In this document: piece after piece, positions 40,721 through 52,726 of the stretch | Layout: each line of letters opens with the position of its first letter | How positions within the stretch are numbered: the stretch's first letter is position 1 | Assembly: GCA_963731995.1 (NCBI GenBank) | Contig: CAVSXV010000012.1 | Span: 6,500 to 70,499 of the forward strand | DNA from: an uncultured Chloroflexia bacterium | GTDB lineage: Bacteria > Chloroflexota > Limnocylindria > Limnocylindrales > CSP1-4 | Length of the DNA stretch: 64,000 nt | Direction: 5' to 3' | Notes under the pieces: model-generated | Database searches by the model: none | What the model was told of the DNA's origin: nothing | What the model saw: the letters and a program-made list of their open reading frames with translations, nothing else | Position numbers and translations under genes: made by a program

Positions 40721-42048
40721 TGGGCTCCCTCGTCGAACTCCTCATCATCGCCGTGCTCATCGGGTTCAACGGCGTCTTCGTCGCAGCCGAGATCGCGCTG
40801 GTGACGGTGCGACGGAGCCGCATCCGGCAGCTCAGCGACGAAGGTGACAGACGCGCCAGGCGCGTGGCGCGCATGACCGAGAAGCCGGCCGGCCTGCTGG
40901 CCACCATCCAGCTCGGGATCACCTTCATCGGCTTCCTGGCCGCAGCCTTCGCTGGTGCCAGCATCGCCGGCCACATCGCTGACTGGCTGCGTGAGATCGG
41001 CCTGGCCGGCTCGGCCGATATCGTGGCCCTGCTCATCGTCACGCTCATGGTCAGCGTCGTGACCATCGTCTTCGGCGAGCTCGTGCCCAAGACCCTGGCC
41101 CTGGCCCACGCCGAGCGCTATGCCCTGACCCTTTCGCGACCGGTGGAGGTCCTGGGCCGGGTCCTGGGCCCGGTGGTCTGGTTCCTCACCACCGTGACCC
41201 ACGGTGTGACGCGCATGCTGGGCGTTCGCGATGTCAGCAGCGACGACGCCATCACCAGCGAGGAGCTGCTCATCCTCGTCGAGCGTGGCTCGGAGCAGGG
41301 CACCATCGAGGCCGAGGAGGAGCAGATGATCGGGGGCGTGCTCGAGCTCGGTGAGCAGCGTGCCCACGAGGTCATGGTCGCGCGCGTGGACATGGTCGCG
41401 CTCGAGGCGGACGCCTCGCTGGCCCAGATCGTCGACGTCATCGTGGGCGAGGGCCACTCGCGCATCCCGGTCTACGAGGGCAACATCGACAACATCATCG
41501 GCATGCTCTACGCCAAGGACCTGCTGCCCTACCTCGTGGGCGACGACCGCACGCCGGAGATCCGGGCGTTGCTGCGCACCCCGCTGTTCGTGCCCGAGTC
41601 GATGCTCGTGGACGACCTGCTGCGCAGCCTCCAGCGGCGGCGTGTGCACATCGCGATCGTGCTCGACGAGCACGGCGGCACGGCGGGCCTGGTGACCATC
41701 GAGGATCTGCTCGAGGAGATCGTGGGCGAGATCCAGGACGAGTACGACGAAGAGGAGCCCATGATCGTGCCGCTCGGTGATCACGCGGCCCGCATCGACG
41801 GCCGAGCCGACGTGGACGACATGCTCGAGCACTTCGACACCGAGCTCGATGGCGATGACCAGGAGGAGTTCGATACCGTCGGCGGCCTCGTGTACCACCA
41901 CATCGGCGGCGTGCCCGCGGTCGGCGACACGGTCGAGGTCGACAGCCTCAAGCTCACCGTCGAGGCCACCGACGGCCGCCGGGTGCGCACCGTGCACGTG
42001 CTCCACACGCCACGAGAGATCGACGACGACGAGGACGCGGACGACTAG
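40720..42048 (+). CDS. Hemolysin-family / CNNM-type protein: DUF21 membrane domain, CBS pair, CorC_HlyC C-terminal domain
   Basis: 4 N-terminal TM helices; …GELVPKTLA…; CBS region …RAHEVMVARVDMVALEAD…IPVYEGNIDNIIGMLYAKDLL…; C-terminal …LVYHHIGGVPAVGDTVEVDSLKLTVEATDGRRV…. Confidence 0.88.
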   Translation: MGSLVELLIIAVLIGFNGVFVAAEIALVTVRRSRIRQLSDEGDRRARRVARMTEKPAGLLATIQLGITFIGFLAAAFAGASIAGHIADWLREIGLAGSADIVALLIVTLMVSVVTIVFGELVPKTLALAHAERYALTLSRPVEVLGRVLGPVVWFLTTVTHGVTRMLGVRDVSSDDAITSEELLILVERGSEQGTIEAEEEQMIGGVLELGEQRAHEVMVARVDMVALEADASLAQIVDVIVGEGHSRIPVYEGNIDNIIGMLYAKDLLPYLVGDDRTPEIRALLRTPLFVPESMLVDDLLRSLQRRRVHIAIVLDEHGGTAGLVTIEDLLEEIVGEIQDEYDEEEPMIVPLGDHAARIDGRADVDDMLEHFDTELDGDDQEEFDTVGGLVYHHIGGVPAVGDTVEVDSLKLTVEATDGRRVRTVHVLHTPREIDDDEDADD

Positions 42049-42072
42049 GAGCGACGTGCTCGGTGCCGGTCC

Positions 42073-43095
42073 CTAGGCGCTGATGACCCCGCGCACCACG
42101 TCCGCCAGACGTTCCATCGAGGCCGTATCGACGGTGCCCACCGAGGACAGCTGGGCCAGGGCTTCGTCGCGATAGCCACGAGCGCGGGCGCGGGTGTACT
42201 CCCGTGCGCCGACCCGCTCGAGGATGGCACGGACCTCGCCGATCTCGTCCCCGGTCAGCTCGCGCTCGGACTGGGCCAGGGTCGTGCGCAGGCGCCGGCC
42301 GTCTTCGCCGGTCGCTTCGGCGAGGGCGAAGATCAAGGGCAACGTCTTCTTGCGGGTCGCGATATCCGATGTCTGCTTGCCGGTCTGGGCCTCATCGCCC
42401 CAAACGCCCAGCAGGTCGTCGTTGAGCTGGAAGGCCAGCCCCAGCGCCCAGCCGAAGCGGCGATAGGCGTCGATGACCGACTCGTCCTCGGTGGCCAGCA
42501 CGGCCCCGGCCTCTGCCGATCCCGCGATGAGCGCAGCCGTCTTGCGGCCGATCATGTCGAAGTAGTAGTCGACCGACATCCACTCGTCGTGCTCGGAGGT
42601 CCAGATGTCCATGAACTGGCCCTCGCAGAGATCGAGGCAGGTCTCGTCGTAGAGGCGCATCAGGCGCAGGATGCGACTGGCCTCGAAGCCCTCCTCCTCC
42701 AGGCGGTGGAGGGCCATGCGGCTGAGCGTGAACAGCGCGTCGCCGGTGTTGATGGCCTGCGCCTTGCCCCACACCGTCCAGAGCGCGGGCCGGTGGCGGC
42801 GCTCGGCGCCGTTGTCCTCGATATCGTCATGGACGAGGCTGAAGTTGTGGCCCATCTCCACCGCGGCCGCGCCCGGCAGGGCCGCTGCGTGGTCGCCGGC
42901 GATGGACTGGTAGGCCAGCAGGCCGATCAGCGGGCGCATGCGCTTGCCACGTGGTGCGTCGCTGTCGAGGCCCATGTGGTAGCGGACCATCGTGTACAGC
43001 TCGTGGGTGCGCTCATCCTCGTGGCGCGCGATCAGACCGAGCATCTCCTGCTCGGTGTCGGCGATGAGGCGGTCGAGGTCGATGGCGGCTAGCAC
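42073..43095 (-). CDS. Polyprenyl diphosphate synthase (trans-isoprenyl diphosphate synthase family; GGPP/FPP synthase-like)
   Basis: Aspartate-rich motifs LVHDDIED and FQLNDDLLG; the family-length protein is the 3' third of the 630-aa track ORF. Start assigned to GTG at 43095 (alternative ATG 43044); the remainder of the track ORF is antisense to recO. Confidence 0.8.
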   Translation of the reverse strand: MLAAIDLDRLIADTEQEMLGLIARHEDERTHELYTMVRYHMGLDSDAPRGKRMRPLIGLLAYQSIAGDHAAALPGAAAVEMGHNFSLVHDDIEDNGAERRHRPALWTVWGKAQAINTGDALFTLSRMALHRLEEEGFEASRILRLMRLYDETCLDLCEGQFMDIWTSEHDEWMSVDYYFDMIGRKTAALIAGSAEAGAVLATEDESVIDAYRRFGWALGLAFQLNDDLLGVWGDEAQTGKQTSDIATRKKTLPLIFALAEATGEDGRRLRTTLAQSERELTGDEIGEVRAILERVGAREYTRARARGYRDEALAQLSSVGTVDTASMERLADVVRGVISA

Positions 43096-43176
43096 GCCGT
43101 CATGATACCGCTTCGTAGCACATTCCCAGATGACGAACTCGCGACAGGCTTGCCCGACGCGCGATAGGCTCGCTCC

Positions 43177-43944
43177 GTGCCCCGACCGCGGACCTACAAG
43201 ACGCGCGCCATCGTGCTGGCCCACTTCGACCTGGGCGAGGCCGATCGCATCATCACGCTGCTCACGCCCGAAGACGGCAAGATCCGCGCCGTGGCCAAGG
43301 GCGTGCGCCGGCCCAAGAGCCGCATCGGCGGCTCGGTCGAGCCTTTCGCGGAGCTGGAGATCGTACTCGCGCGTGGTCGCAACCTCGACGTCATCACCCA
43401 GGTCAGCGTGGCCCACGCCTGGCTGCGCCTGCGAGACCGCCTCGAGTCGACGGCCACTGCCTGGTACCTCGGCGAGCTGGCCGACCGCGCGGTCGAGGAG
43501 CGGGGCGGTGAGCATCCGGTCTACGGTTTGCTGCGCCGGGCCTGCCAGCTGCTCGACGATGGCATGGACCCCGGACGCGTGGCGCGCTGGTTCGAATCCG
43601 GCCTGGCCGATGCGCTCGGCGTGCGCCCCGAGCTCGACCGATGCGTGGAGTGCGATCGAGCCCTCGAGGAGACCGACGACTTCCGCTGGGTGCCGGCGCT
43701 GGGCGGGGTGCTCGGTCCCGACCATCCGCCGCCGCCGGCCGAGTCGGTGCGGCTTTCGCTCGATGCCTTGAAGCTGCTCAAGGCCTATCGCCGCTTCGAC
43801 GTGGAGGCCATCGCCGCACTGCGCGTGCCGCCCGAGGTGGAGTCGGAGGTGGAGTCGGTGATGCGCCGCTATACCCGCTTCATCCTCGAGCGCGAGGCGC
43901 GTTCCCTCTCCTTCGTCGACGAGGTCCGCCACACGGACGGCTGA
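43177..43944 (+). CDS. recO: DNA repair protein RecO
   Basis: …[36 protein letters not shown]…; zinc-finger CVECDR. Confidence 0.9.
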   Translation: MPRPRTYKTRAIVLAHFDLGEADRIITLLTPEDGKIRAVAKGVRRPKSRIGGSVEPFAELEIVLARGRNLDVITQVSVAHAWLRLRDRLESTATAWYLGELADRAVEERGGEHPVYGLLRRACQLLDDGMDPGRVARWFESGLADALGVRPELDRCVECDRALEETDDFRWVPALGGVLGPDHPPPPAESVRLSLDALKLLKAYRRFDVEAIAALRVPPEVESEVESVMRRYTRFILEREARSLSFVDEVRHTDG

Positions 43945-44023
43945 TTCGCGCCATCCCTGCCACAATCACGGTCCCACGTCCGGCACTGCCATCGCCGGCG
44001 CCACGCCCAGGAGACCCCCACAC

Positions 44024-45439
44024 GTGACCGACCAGCCTTCTGCCAGCGCGTCCGATCCCGGCCCCAGCGTGGCCAAGCTCGAGACCATCGTCTCGCTCGC
44101 CAAGCGTCGCGGCTTCGTCTATCCCAGCTCGGAGATCTATGGCGGCATCAACGCGGTGTGGGACTACGGCCCCCTCGGCGTGGAGCTGAAGAACAACGTC
44201 AAGAAGGCCTGGTGGCGCTCGATGATCCAGGAGCGCGACGACATCGTGGGTCTCGACGCGGGCATCCTCATGCACCCCCAGGTGTGGATCACCTCCGGCC
44301 ACGTCGGCTCGTTCAGCGACCCGCTCGTGGAGTGCGACACCTGTCACCGCCGCTTCCGGCTCGATGAGCTGCCGGGCGCGGAGGGCTTGTCCGCGACCGA
44401 GCTGCAGGACGAGGGCATCGTCGAGAAGCTGGGCCTCGCATGCCCCGTCGACCAGGGGCCTCTCAGCCCGCCCCGGCGCTTCAACCTCATGTTCAAGACC
44501 CACATGGGCCCGGTCGAGGACGAGGGCGCGGTCATCTACCTGCGCCCCGAGACCGCCCAGGGTTCCTACGTCAACTTCAAGAACGTGCAGGGCTCGAGCC
44601 GCAAGAAGGTGCCGTTCGGCATCGCCCAGATCGGCAAGTCCTTCCGCAACGAGATCAGCCCCGGCAACTTCGTCTTCCGCATGCGTGAGTTCGAGCAGAT
44701 GGAGATGCAGTACTTCGTCCGCCCGGGCGACCCTGCCGCGGAGGCCTTCGAGCAGTGGCTGCCAGCGCGCAAGGCCTGGTACGAGCGCTACGGCGTGACC
44801 CCGGAGCGACTGCGCTTCCGCGAGCACGCATCCGATGAGCTGGCCCACTACGCGAAGAAGGCCATCGATGTCGAGTACCGCTTCCCCTTCGGCTGGAAGG
44901 AGCTCGAGGGCGTCCACAACCGCGGTGACTTCGACCTCGGTTCGCACGCGGCGGCCAGCGGCGAGAACCTCGAGTACTTCGACCCGGTGGCCGAGGAGCA
45001 CTTCATCCCTTGGGTCGTGGAGACGGCGGCCGGCGCCGATCGTGCGGCCTTCACCTTCCTCATCGACTCGTACCACGAGGAACAGCTCGAGAAGGGCACG
45101 CGCGTCGTGCTCAAGCTGCACCCGGACATCGCGCCCTACAAGGTGGCGGTGCTGCCGCTGTTGAAGAAGCGCCCGGAGATCGTCGAGCTCTGCCACCGCA
45201 TCAAGGTCGATCTGCAGAAGGACATCATGGCCGTCTACGACGACACGGCCGCCATCGGCAAGCTCTACCGCCGCCAGGACGAGATCGGCACGCCGTGGTG
45301 CGTGACCGTCGACGTCGACTCGCTCGACGACGGGGCCGTCACCGTGCGCGATCGCGACACCATGACCCAGGACCGGGTGCCGGTGGAAAACGTCAAGCGC
45401 CTCATCCTCGACCGCATGGCCGTGGCCCGCGAGGGTTAG
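44024..45439 (+). CDS. glyQS: Glycine--tRNA ligase (dimeric class II GlyQS type)
   Basis: …[38 protein letters not shown]…[25 protein letters not shown]… motifs. Confidence 0.93.
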   Translation: MTDQPSASASDPGPSVAKLETIVSLAKRRGFVYPSSEIYGGINAVWDYGPLGVELKNNVKKAWWRSMIQERDDIVGLDAGILMHPQVWITSGHVGSFSDPLVECDTCHRRFRLDELPGAEGLSATELQDEGIVEKLGLACPVDQGPLSPPRRFNLMFKTHMGPVEDEGAVIYLRPETAQGSYVNFKNVQGSSRKKVPFGIAQIGKSFRNEISPGNFVFRMREFEQMEMQYFVRPGDPAAEAFEQWLPARKAWYERYGVTPERLRFREHASDELAHYAKKAIDVEYRFPFGWKELEGVHNRGDFDLGSHAAASGENLEYFDPVAEEHFIPWVVETAAGADRAAFTFLIDSYHEEQLEKGTRVVLKLHPDIAPYKVAVLPLLKKRPEIVELCHRIKVDLQKDIMAVYDDTAAIGKLYRRQDEIGTPWCVTVDVDSLDDGAVTVRDRDTMTQDRVPVENVKRLILDRMAVAREG

Positions 45440-45823
45440 TCGCGGCAGTGGGGGCTGGTCGCGGCGCGAGCCCTGACGCGGCGGGGTCAGCCCAGGCCTG
45501 CTGGTCGCGTGTCCCGTGCAGACTGCCAAGCGACCGGCAAGCCGCAGGACCGGTAGCCTGAGAGCTTGTCCACGGGGCTGTTTGGCGCAGCCGCCGGGAC
45601 ATCCGGCCACTGACGGTGGCGTGAGCGGTCGTTTGGCTTCATCCGTGGGACTCGCCGGCGTGGATCGCGCGGTGACACCGTCGTCCCGCTCAGCGACTAC
45701 GGGGAGTCGAGGTGGAACTCGCGCATGGGACGTCAACCCTGCAGGCACGCCCTACCCGCCCGGGAGCACCCGCCGGCCAGGGCGCACCGATACACCAGAG
45801 CGCGCGCGCCGACACAGCCACGG

Positions 45824-47305
45824 CTATGCGCCGGGAGTTGCCCCCTCGTTCTCCGCGGCGGTGGCCTTGGCCACGGCGCCCGGGATCATGGCCTGGACCG
45901 AATCGAGGTACTTCTCGATGGCACGGGCGGCACGCTTGCCGTCGCCCATGGCCAGGATGACCGTGGCTGCTCCGCGCACGATGTCGCCGCCGGCGAAGAT
46001 GCCCGGCACGCTGGTCATGCCGTCCTCGTCGACGATGAGGTAGCCCCACTCGTTGATCTTGAGTTCCGGCTCCGACGAGGTCAGCATGGGGTTGCTGCGG
46101 GTGCCGATGGCGACCACGACCATGTCGCAGTCGAGGACGTACTCGGAGTCCGGGATGGGCCGCGGGCGACGCCGTCCCGAATCGTCGGGCTCGCCGAGCT
46201 CCATCATCTGGCACTCGATGCCGCTGACCCAGCCCTCCTCATTGCTGAGGATGCGCACCGGCGAAGCCATCAGCTCGAAGGTGACGCCCTCTTCCTCGGC
46301 ATGGTGGATCTCCTCCGCCCGGGCGGGCAGCTCGTCCTTGCCGCGTCGGTAGGCGATGATGGCTTCCTTGGCTCCCAACCGCCTGGCCGTGCGGACCGAG
46401 TCCATGGCCACGTTCCCGCCGCCGACCACGACCACCTTCTGGCCCTGCAACACCGGGGTATCGGTGTCCTCGCGGAAGGCGCCCATGAGGTTGACACGTG
46501 TGAGGTACTCGTTGGCCGAGTAGACCCCCTTGAGGTCCTCTCCATCGATGCCCATGAAGACAGGCAGGCCGGCGCCGACCGCGAGGAAGACCGCATCGAA
46601 GTTCTGGCGCAGCTCGCGTAGCGTCCAGGTCTTGCCCACGATGGCGTTGACCTCGATGGTCACCCCCAGGTCCTTGAGGCGATCGACCTCCTTCTGCACG
46701 ACGTCCTTGGGTAGCCGGAACTCGGGGATGCCGTAGATGAGCACGCCACCGGCCGCGTGGAAGGCCTCGAAGACGGTGACCTTGTGGCCTGTCTTGGCCA
46801 GCTCACCGGCGGCGGTCAGGCCGGCCGGCCCGGAGCCGACGATGGCCACCCGGCGCCCAGTGTCGGGGCTGACGTTGGTCTCGAGCTCATCGAGGTGGTC
46901 CTGGGCCCAGTCGGCCACGAAGCGTTCCAGGGCGCCGACGGCGACCGGCGCACCCTTCTTGGCCCGGATGCAGAGCCCTTCGCACTGGGTCTCCTGTGGA
47001 CACACCCGCCCGGTGACGCAGGGAAGAGCGTTGTCGTCGAGCAGCGACTCGGCGGCCTTGTGCAGATCGCCCTCGGCCAGATGGGAGATGAACTTGGGGA
47101 TGTTGACGCGGACGGGACAGCCGTCGATACATCGCGGGTTCTTGCAGTCGAGGCAGCGCTCTGCCTCCTCCATGGCCAGCACCTGGGAGTAGCCAAGGCT
47201 GACCTCGTTGAAGTCCATCGAACGGATCACCGCCGAACGGGCGGGTACGTCATGGCGCTCGATCTGCATCCGTTCCTTGGGGGAGAGGTCGGGACGCTCG
47301 GTCAT
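45824..47305 (-). CDS. nfnB: GltD-like NADPH-dependent oxidoreductase subunit (NfnB / SudA / glutamate synthase small-chain family)
   Basis: N-terminal 2x[4Fe-4S] Cys clusters (CLDCKNPRCIDGCP…CPQETQCEGLC); FAD/NAD Rossmann motifs VAIVGSGPAGLTAA and VVVVGGGNVAMD. Confidence 0.85.
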   Translation of the reverse strand: MTERPDLSPKERMQIERHDVPARSAVIRSMDFNEVSLGYSQVLAMEEAERCLDCKNPRCIDGCPVRVNIPKFISHLAEGDLHKAAESLLDDNALPCVTGRVCPQETQCEGLCIRAKKGAPVAVGALERFVADWAQDHLDELETNVSPDTGRRVAIVGSGPAGLTAAGELAKTGHKVTVFEAFHAAGGVLIYGIPEFRLPKDVVQKEVDRLKDLGVTIEVNAIVGKTWTLRELRQNFDAVFLAVGAGLPVFMGIDGEDLKGVYSANEYLTRVNLMGAFREDTDTPVLQGQKVVVVGGGNVAMDSVRTARRLGAKEAIIAYRRGKDELPARAEEIHHAEEEGVTFELMASPVRILSNEEGWVSGIECQMMELGEPDDSGRRRPRPIPDSEYVLDCDMVVVAIGTRSNPMLTSSEPELKINEWGYLIVDEDGMTSVPGIFAGGDIVRGAATVILAMGDGKRAARAIEKYLDSVQAMIPGAVAKATAAENEGATPGA

Positions 47306-47309
47306 GGGG

Positions 47310-48161
47310 CTATGTTCCTCCTGCGGCCTCGGCGAGGCCCTCGATCATGCAGCGGTTGCCTTTATAGGCATCCTTCTCTACTTCGCGGTACATGGCCAGG
47401 CGATCGGACAATTGCTTGAAGTCCACCTGGTGGGCATCGAACTCGGGGCCTTCGACGCAGGCGTAGACGGTCTTGCCGCCGACGCTCACCCGGCAGCCGC
47501 CGCACATGCCGGTGCCGTCGACCATGATCGCGTTGAGCGATACGGTGGTGGGCACGTCGTAATCGCGCGAGACGTTCGCGACCGCGCCCATCATGGGCAC
47601 CGGGCCCACCGCGTAGATGTGGTCGACACCACCCGCTTCGAGCATGTCGCGCAGCTCGTCGGTGACGAAGCCATGGCGCCCATAGGAGCCGTCGTCGGTG
47701 CAGACGCGGACGTCGCCGTAGCGCTTGAGCTCTTCCTCGAAGATGACCCACTCCTTGGCGCGCCCGCCGATGATGCTGGTGACCTGCGCGCCCTTCTCGG
47801 CGAGGCCCTGGGCCAGGGGGTGGACCACAGCCGTGCCGACGCCGCCACCGACGCAGACCGCGTGGCCGCTCTCGAGGAGCTCGGTGGCCTCGCCCAACGG
47901 GCCGGCCACGTCCTGGATGCTGTCGCCGACCTGCAGCATGCACAGGTCACAACTGGTCTTGCCCACGGCCTGGATGGTGAGGGTGATGGTGCCGGCGTCA
48001 GGGTCGGCGTCAGCGATGGTCAGCGGCACTCGCTCGGCGCCGTCGCCGATGCGCACGATGACGAACTGACCGGGTCGCCGCACCTGGGCGATCCGCTCGG
48101 CTTCGATCACGAGTCGGGTGACGTTGGGGGAGAGGACCTCCCGCTTCACGACTGGATGCAT
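47310..48161 (-). CDS. nfnA: Ferredoxin-NADP(+) reductase subunit alpha-like (NfnA / SudB / PyrK-like FAD-[2Fe-2S] subunit)
   Basis: MHPVVKREVLSPNVTRLVIEAERIAQVRRPGQFVIV… matches the NfnA N-terminus from this Met; C-terminal Cys cluster …GMCGGCRV…; ATG 48161 preceded by GAGAGG. The track ORF extends to GTG 48197. Confidence 0.8.
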   Translation of the reverse strand: MHPVVKREVLSPNVTRLVIEAERIAQVRRPGQFVIVRIGDGAERVPLTIADADPDAGTITLTIQAVGKTSCDLCMLQVGDSIQDVAGPLGEATELLESGHAVCVGGGVGTAVVHPLAQGLAEKGAQVTSIIGGRAKEWVIFEEELKRYGDVRVCTDDGSYGRHGFVTDELRDMLEAGGVDHIYAVGPVPMMGAVANVSRDYDVPTTVSLNAIMVDGTGMCGGCRVSVGGKTVYACVEGPEFDAHQVDFKQLSDRLAMYREVEKDAYKGNRCMIEGLAEAAGGT

Positions 48162-48297
48162 TTGACCTCTCAGGGGTGACGTTGCCTGTGATGGCACATG
48201 GTGATGATGACCGACCAGGTCCCTAAATGCACACCAACCAGCGAACCGTTTCTACCGGGCCGAAGGTCATGGTCCCCGCCGATGGGGAGCGGGCGCC

Positions 48298-49101
48298 CTA
48301 GGCAGCGGGCTTCTTGCCCTTCGGCCAGTAGAGCTCCTTCTTGACGTGGAATTCCGGGTAGTCGGCGTTCAACAGTGCCCGTTCGGCGTTGATGATCATC
48401 TCCGGGTTGCCGCACAGGTAGACCACCGTCGAGTCGGGCGACAACCCCTCGTTGCGACAGACGTCCTCGACCACGGCCTCGGCCCGGCCGGTGTAGCCGT
48501 TCCAGCCGCGGTTGCGCTTCTCCTGGGGGCGGGAGATCGTGGGCACGTAGGTCATGGGGTAGCTACCACTGCGTTCGAGGTCCTCGAGCCAGCCCCGGTA
48601 GCCCAGCTCGTCCTGATAGCTGCAGCCGTGCACCATCACCGTCCGGCGTGGCTTCCCATCGTGGATCAGCTGCTGGGTCATGGCGATGAAGGGCGCGATG
48701 CCGGTGCCGGTCGAGATGAAGAGGTGCGTGCGGTCGTCTTCTGGCTCGAGCATGAAGCGGCCCTTGGGTCCGATCATGCGCATCTCGTGACCCACCGGCA
48801 GGCGCCAGAGCAGGGACGTGAAGCGCAGGACCGGCACCAGTCGCACATAGAACTCGAAGCCGACCTGGCCCGTGGCACTCGGTGAGGAGGCCACCGAATA
48901 CGGGCGCTGGTAGAGCTTGTCGTCGGCGTAGACGCCGATGGTCATGTACTGTCCGGGCTCGAAATCGGGCTGCTCCGCCCCGTCGTAGCGGACCCAGAAG
49001 CGGGCCAGGGAGTCGTTGTCGTCCTCCCGCCTCACGAGCGTGGCGTTGTACTTCTCCGCCGTCGGCTCGATGGTGCGGGGGTCATGGATCTGGTCGGTCA
49101 T
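48298..49101 (-). CDS. fpr: Ferredoxin--NADP(+) reductase (plant/FPR type)
   Basis: …RPYSVASSP…FYVRLVP… FAD-binding RxYS motif and NAD(P) domain …GTGIAPF…; start taken at ATG 49101 (MTDQIHDPRTIEPTAEKYNATLV…). The track ORF continues upstream through a non-homologous Arg/Pro-rich stretch. Confidence 0.8.
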   Translation of the reverse strand: MTDQIHDPRTIEPTAEKYNATLVRREDDNDSLARFWVRYDGAEQPDFEPGQYMTIGVYADDKLYQRPYSVASSPSATGQVGFEFYVRLVPVLRFTSLLWRLPVGHEMRMIGPKGRFMLEPEDDRTHLFISTGTGIAPFIAMTQQLIHDGKPRRTVMVHGCSYQDELGYRGWLEDLERSGSYPMTYVPTISRPQEKRNRGWNGYTGRAEAVVEDVCRNEGLSPDSTVVYLCGNPEMIINAERALLNADYPEFHVKKELYWPKGKKPAA

Positions 49102-49335
49102 GACCCTGAGTGTACGGGGCTGCGCCGGAACGGGGGCTGCGCCGCGATAGGCGCTCCTCGCGCCCGCGTGACGCGGGCTGCGTGGGCGGAACCTGCGGGG
49201 CGGCCAGCCGGACCGTCCCTTGGGGGGCCGGATGGCAGTAGTGTCTCGCCGTCCGTCGTCTATCATTCAGATGTCCAGATACCGACGCTGCGGCAGCCCA
49301 TGCCCGCAGGCCCACATCCCGAGGTTCCTCTTCCT

Positions 49336-52086
<2,751 letters not shown>

Positions 52087-52100
52087 CCCGCAGCCGACCA

Positions 52101-52140
52101 GGGGCCCGGTCGCGAGGAGCGGCCGGGCCCCTTGCTGTCT
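52101..52140 (+). terminator. Rho-independent terminator of ppdK: GGGGCCCGGTCGC-gagga-GCGGCCGGGCCCC followed by TTGCTGTCT
   Basis: 13-bp stem (one G-U) with 5-nt loop, read directly from the sequence 15 nt after the ppdK stop. Confidence 0.6.
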
Positions 52141-52155
52141 GGCCGGCGCATATGC

Positions 52156-52197
52156 TACGGATGTCGTCTATAGTCCGCGCTGTGCTAAGTATCCGTA
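52156..52197 (+). promoter_or_regulatory. Putative marR promoter/operator: inverted repeat TACGGAT (52156-52162) … ATCCGTA (52191-52197) flanking a TATAGT -10-like hexamer (52169-52174)
   Basis: Perfect 7-bp inverted repeat 35 nt upstream of the marR GTG, bracketing a 5/6 match to TATAAT. Confidence 0.4.
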
Positions 52198-52231
52198 CCA
52201 CCAGAACTTTCCACGTGGCAGGTACCGCGAG

Positions 52232-52726
52232 GTGACCAGCCCAGGCTCGGAGGCCGCGACCGAGGCCATCCTCGGGCACTTCGGGTCGCTCATGCGCCAC
52301 GTGTCCGGCTGGCACGCGCCCGAGTTCCTCGGCGTCGATGTGACCATGTCGCAGGCCAAGTGCCTGTACATCGTCTGCGTCCGGCCCGGGATCGGCATGT
52401 CAGCCCTGGCTGACCAGCTGGGCGTCGGCCCCTCGGCCATCTCCGGTCTCGTCGACCGGCTGGTCGACCACGGCTACCTGGAGCGTCACGAGGATCCGAC
52501 CGACCGCCGCCATCTGCGGCTGACCCCGACCCCCGCGGGTGAGCTCGTCGTGGAGCGCATCCGGGAGCTCAACGCCGACCACCTGCGCATCCTGCTCCAG
52601 GGGCTGGACGACTCCGAGCTCCAAGCCCTGCGGCAAGGCATCGCCGCCCTGGCCCGCCAGGCTCGCCTCATCCACGAGCAAGAGACGGTCGTGCCCGACC
52701 GCAGCCACGAAAGGAACCCTGCATGA
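52232..52726 (+). CDS. MarR-family transcriptional regulator
   Basis: Winged-helix segment …VTMSQAKCLYIVCVRPGIGMSALADQLGVGPSAISGLVDRLVDHGYLERHEDPTDRRHLRLTPTPAG…. Confidence 0.85.
   Translation: MTSPGSEAATEAILGHFGSLMRHVSGWHAPEFLGVDVTMSQAKCLYIVCVRPGIGMSALADQLGVGPSAISGLVDRLVDHGYLERHEDPTDRRHLRLTPTPAGELVVERIRELNADHLRILLQGLDDSELQALRQGIAALARQARLIHEQETVVPDRSHERNPA

Noticed and set aside
43945-44023. T-box leader upstream of glyQS
   Set aside because: The intergenic region is only 79 nt; too short for a T-box and lacking the conserved T-box sequence.
45440-45823. Possible SRP RNA, tmRNA or RNase P RNA in the long intergenic gap
   Set aside because: No match to the GGAAGGAAGCAGC domain-IV core of SRP RNA. 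No GGAAAGUCCGG motif of the RNase P P4 helix. No tRNA-like 3' end for tmRNA. Left as an unexplained non-coding region in the findings.
45516-46043. 175-aa plus-strand ORF in and beyond the glyQS/nfnB gap
   Set aside because: Arg/Pro/Ser/Thr-rich, no family resemblance, overlaps nfnB antisense.
49084-49335. Upstream 84 codons of the 1000-aa ppdK track ORF
   Set aside because: PPDK homology starts at MSASTRPQLASKRYVYTF (ATG 49336). The upstream part lies in the divergent promoter region and has junk composition.
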